Shown piece by piece: positions 62,982-64,000 of a stretch of 64,000 bases of DNA. Under the pieces are notes generated by a model. The model saw only the letters and a list, made by a program, of their open reading frames with translations, searched no databases and was not told the DNA's origin. The translations under genes and the position numbers were made by a program. Position 1 is the stretch's first letter, and every line of letters starts with the position of its first letter. Source of the DNA: Botryllus schlosseri (lineage: Eukaryota). The stretch covers positions 23,686,001 through 23,750,000 of the forward strand of contig CM119372.1 in assembly GCA_051294905.1 (NCBI GenBank). Direction: 5' to 3'.

Positions 62982-64000
62982 ATTGTATCATAGAAACCAA
63001 ATCCGTCCGATTGAGGTGTTGGCTACTGTATGCTCCGATAATATCTGACGGAAGTAGCCTATGGAAACCTGTGTTTCATTCTTAAGAATACGTCTGTCGG
63101 GTCTAACCGAGTCCTCGTCGAAACTGTTGGCAAAGTGATTTTGTGAAATTAATATAGCAATTGATTGTTTCCGTTGATAGCATTAGAGGACGTTTAGAAG
63201 TCCCCATGTACTTCAGCATTGTGGCATAATGTGGCCTGAGTCGTCGCTAGTTGTCATGTACATTAATTTATAACTTTACGGAAATGTAGGGTTAGAATTA
63301 GCAATATGACGTCACGCTCTATGAAACATGCGTAACGCATGTGATTTCAAATTTGGTTGCATTATTTTCCTCTGCGGATATCGTCTTCACTGCGGGGTGC
63401 AGATTGCAAGGATGGGATTATGTGGTGAACACCATTTCGACGACAGGCCATAGCAATATAGGAGGTTTGGGCCACCCAGCGACGGTCATTGTCGACCCAG
63501 GTTTTATCCCTACGGATCCTTTTGGCAAAACACATTGCTCGGCCTTATATTGGCCAGAACTTGATGTCTTCATGTGTCACGGTGCGGAAAGGGTTGGCAC
63601 CAAATGCCTGTGTCTAATAGTCTGTTCTGCGAATCTCACTTATTGGAAATAGCACCCAAGAGCGATTTTTCTCTGGAAAAAAATTCATGATATACTACAC
63701 AATTTGCTGAGAGGAGGGGTCACTATATAGGGCAATATTGCATTACGAGGTATGAACACCCTGAACAGTGAACAGGGAACAGTAAACAATTTAACAGGGT
63801 ATGAATGCATAGATTGGCATAGCCAGCATTGAACTATGTGAGTGTAAAACAATTAGGCTATGCAATGAAGTAACCCAATGTGTTCAATGCTATACTAACT
63901 GAACATAGTTGACAGAAAAATGTCCGAACTACAACTTTAGGAGTACAATAGCGCTTTTTATCTAACTGCATGGCTACGTCTATTTATAAGCCTACATAAA

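Noticed and set aside
63341..63652. 103-aa ORF or upstream vWA exon
   Set aside because: No DxSxS/vWA motif seen on either strand and no convincing splice context.

Overview
AT-rich, intron-containing eukaryotic DNA, not prokaryotic. The LDLa-7TM gene type and the dense MITE landscape suggest an ascidian or other marine invertebrate (inference). One host gene runs on the minus strand across at least 9211-61926. I could join 14 GT-AG exons in consistent phase into about 524 codons: vWA domain (C-terminal part), five LDLa-like Cys modules, then TM1-TM4 of an LGR/RXFP-like class A GPCR with no LRRs. Its 28-kb intron (13019-41071) holds the main object of the window, a 15.1-kb Mutator/Foldback-type transposon (17840-32956, TSD AAAATGTC). 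This element has unequal arms of about 1.9 and 2.9 kb built from modular ~132-bp repeats and an intact 1013-aa DDE transposase fused to SWIM, a Ulp1/C48 protease and a PHD finger. The rest is a nested patchwork: many hAT MITEs with 8-bp TSDs, TA-TSD MITEs, a decayed Chapaev3 element, a tRNA-derived SINE, a MITE-derived satellite with a 396-bp higher-order repeat, and two kb-scale palindromes. All calls were read by eye; no database searches were run.
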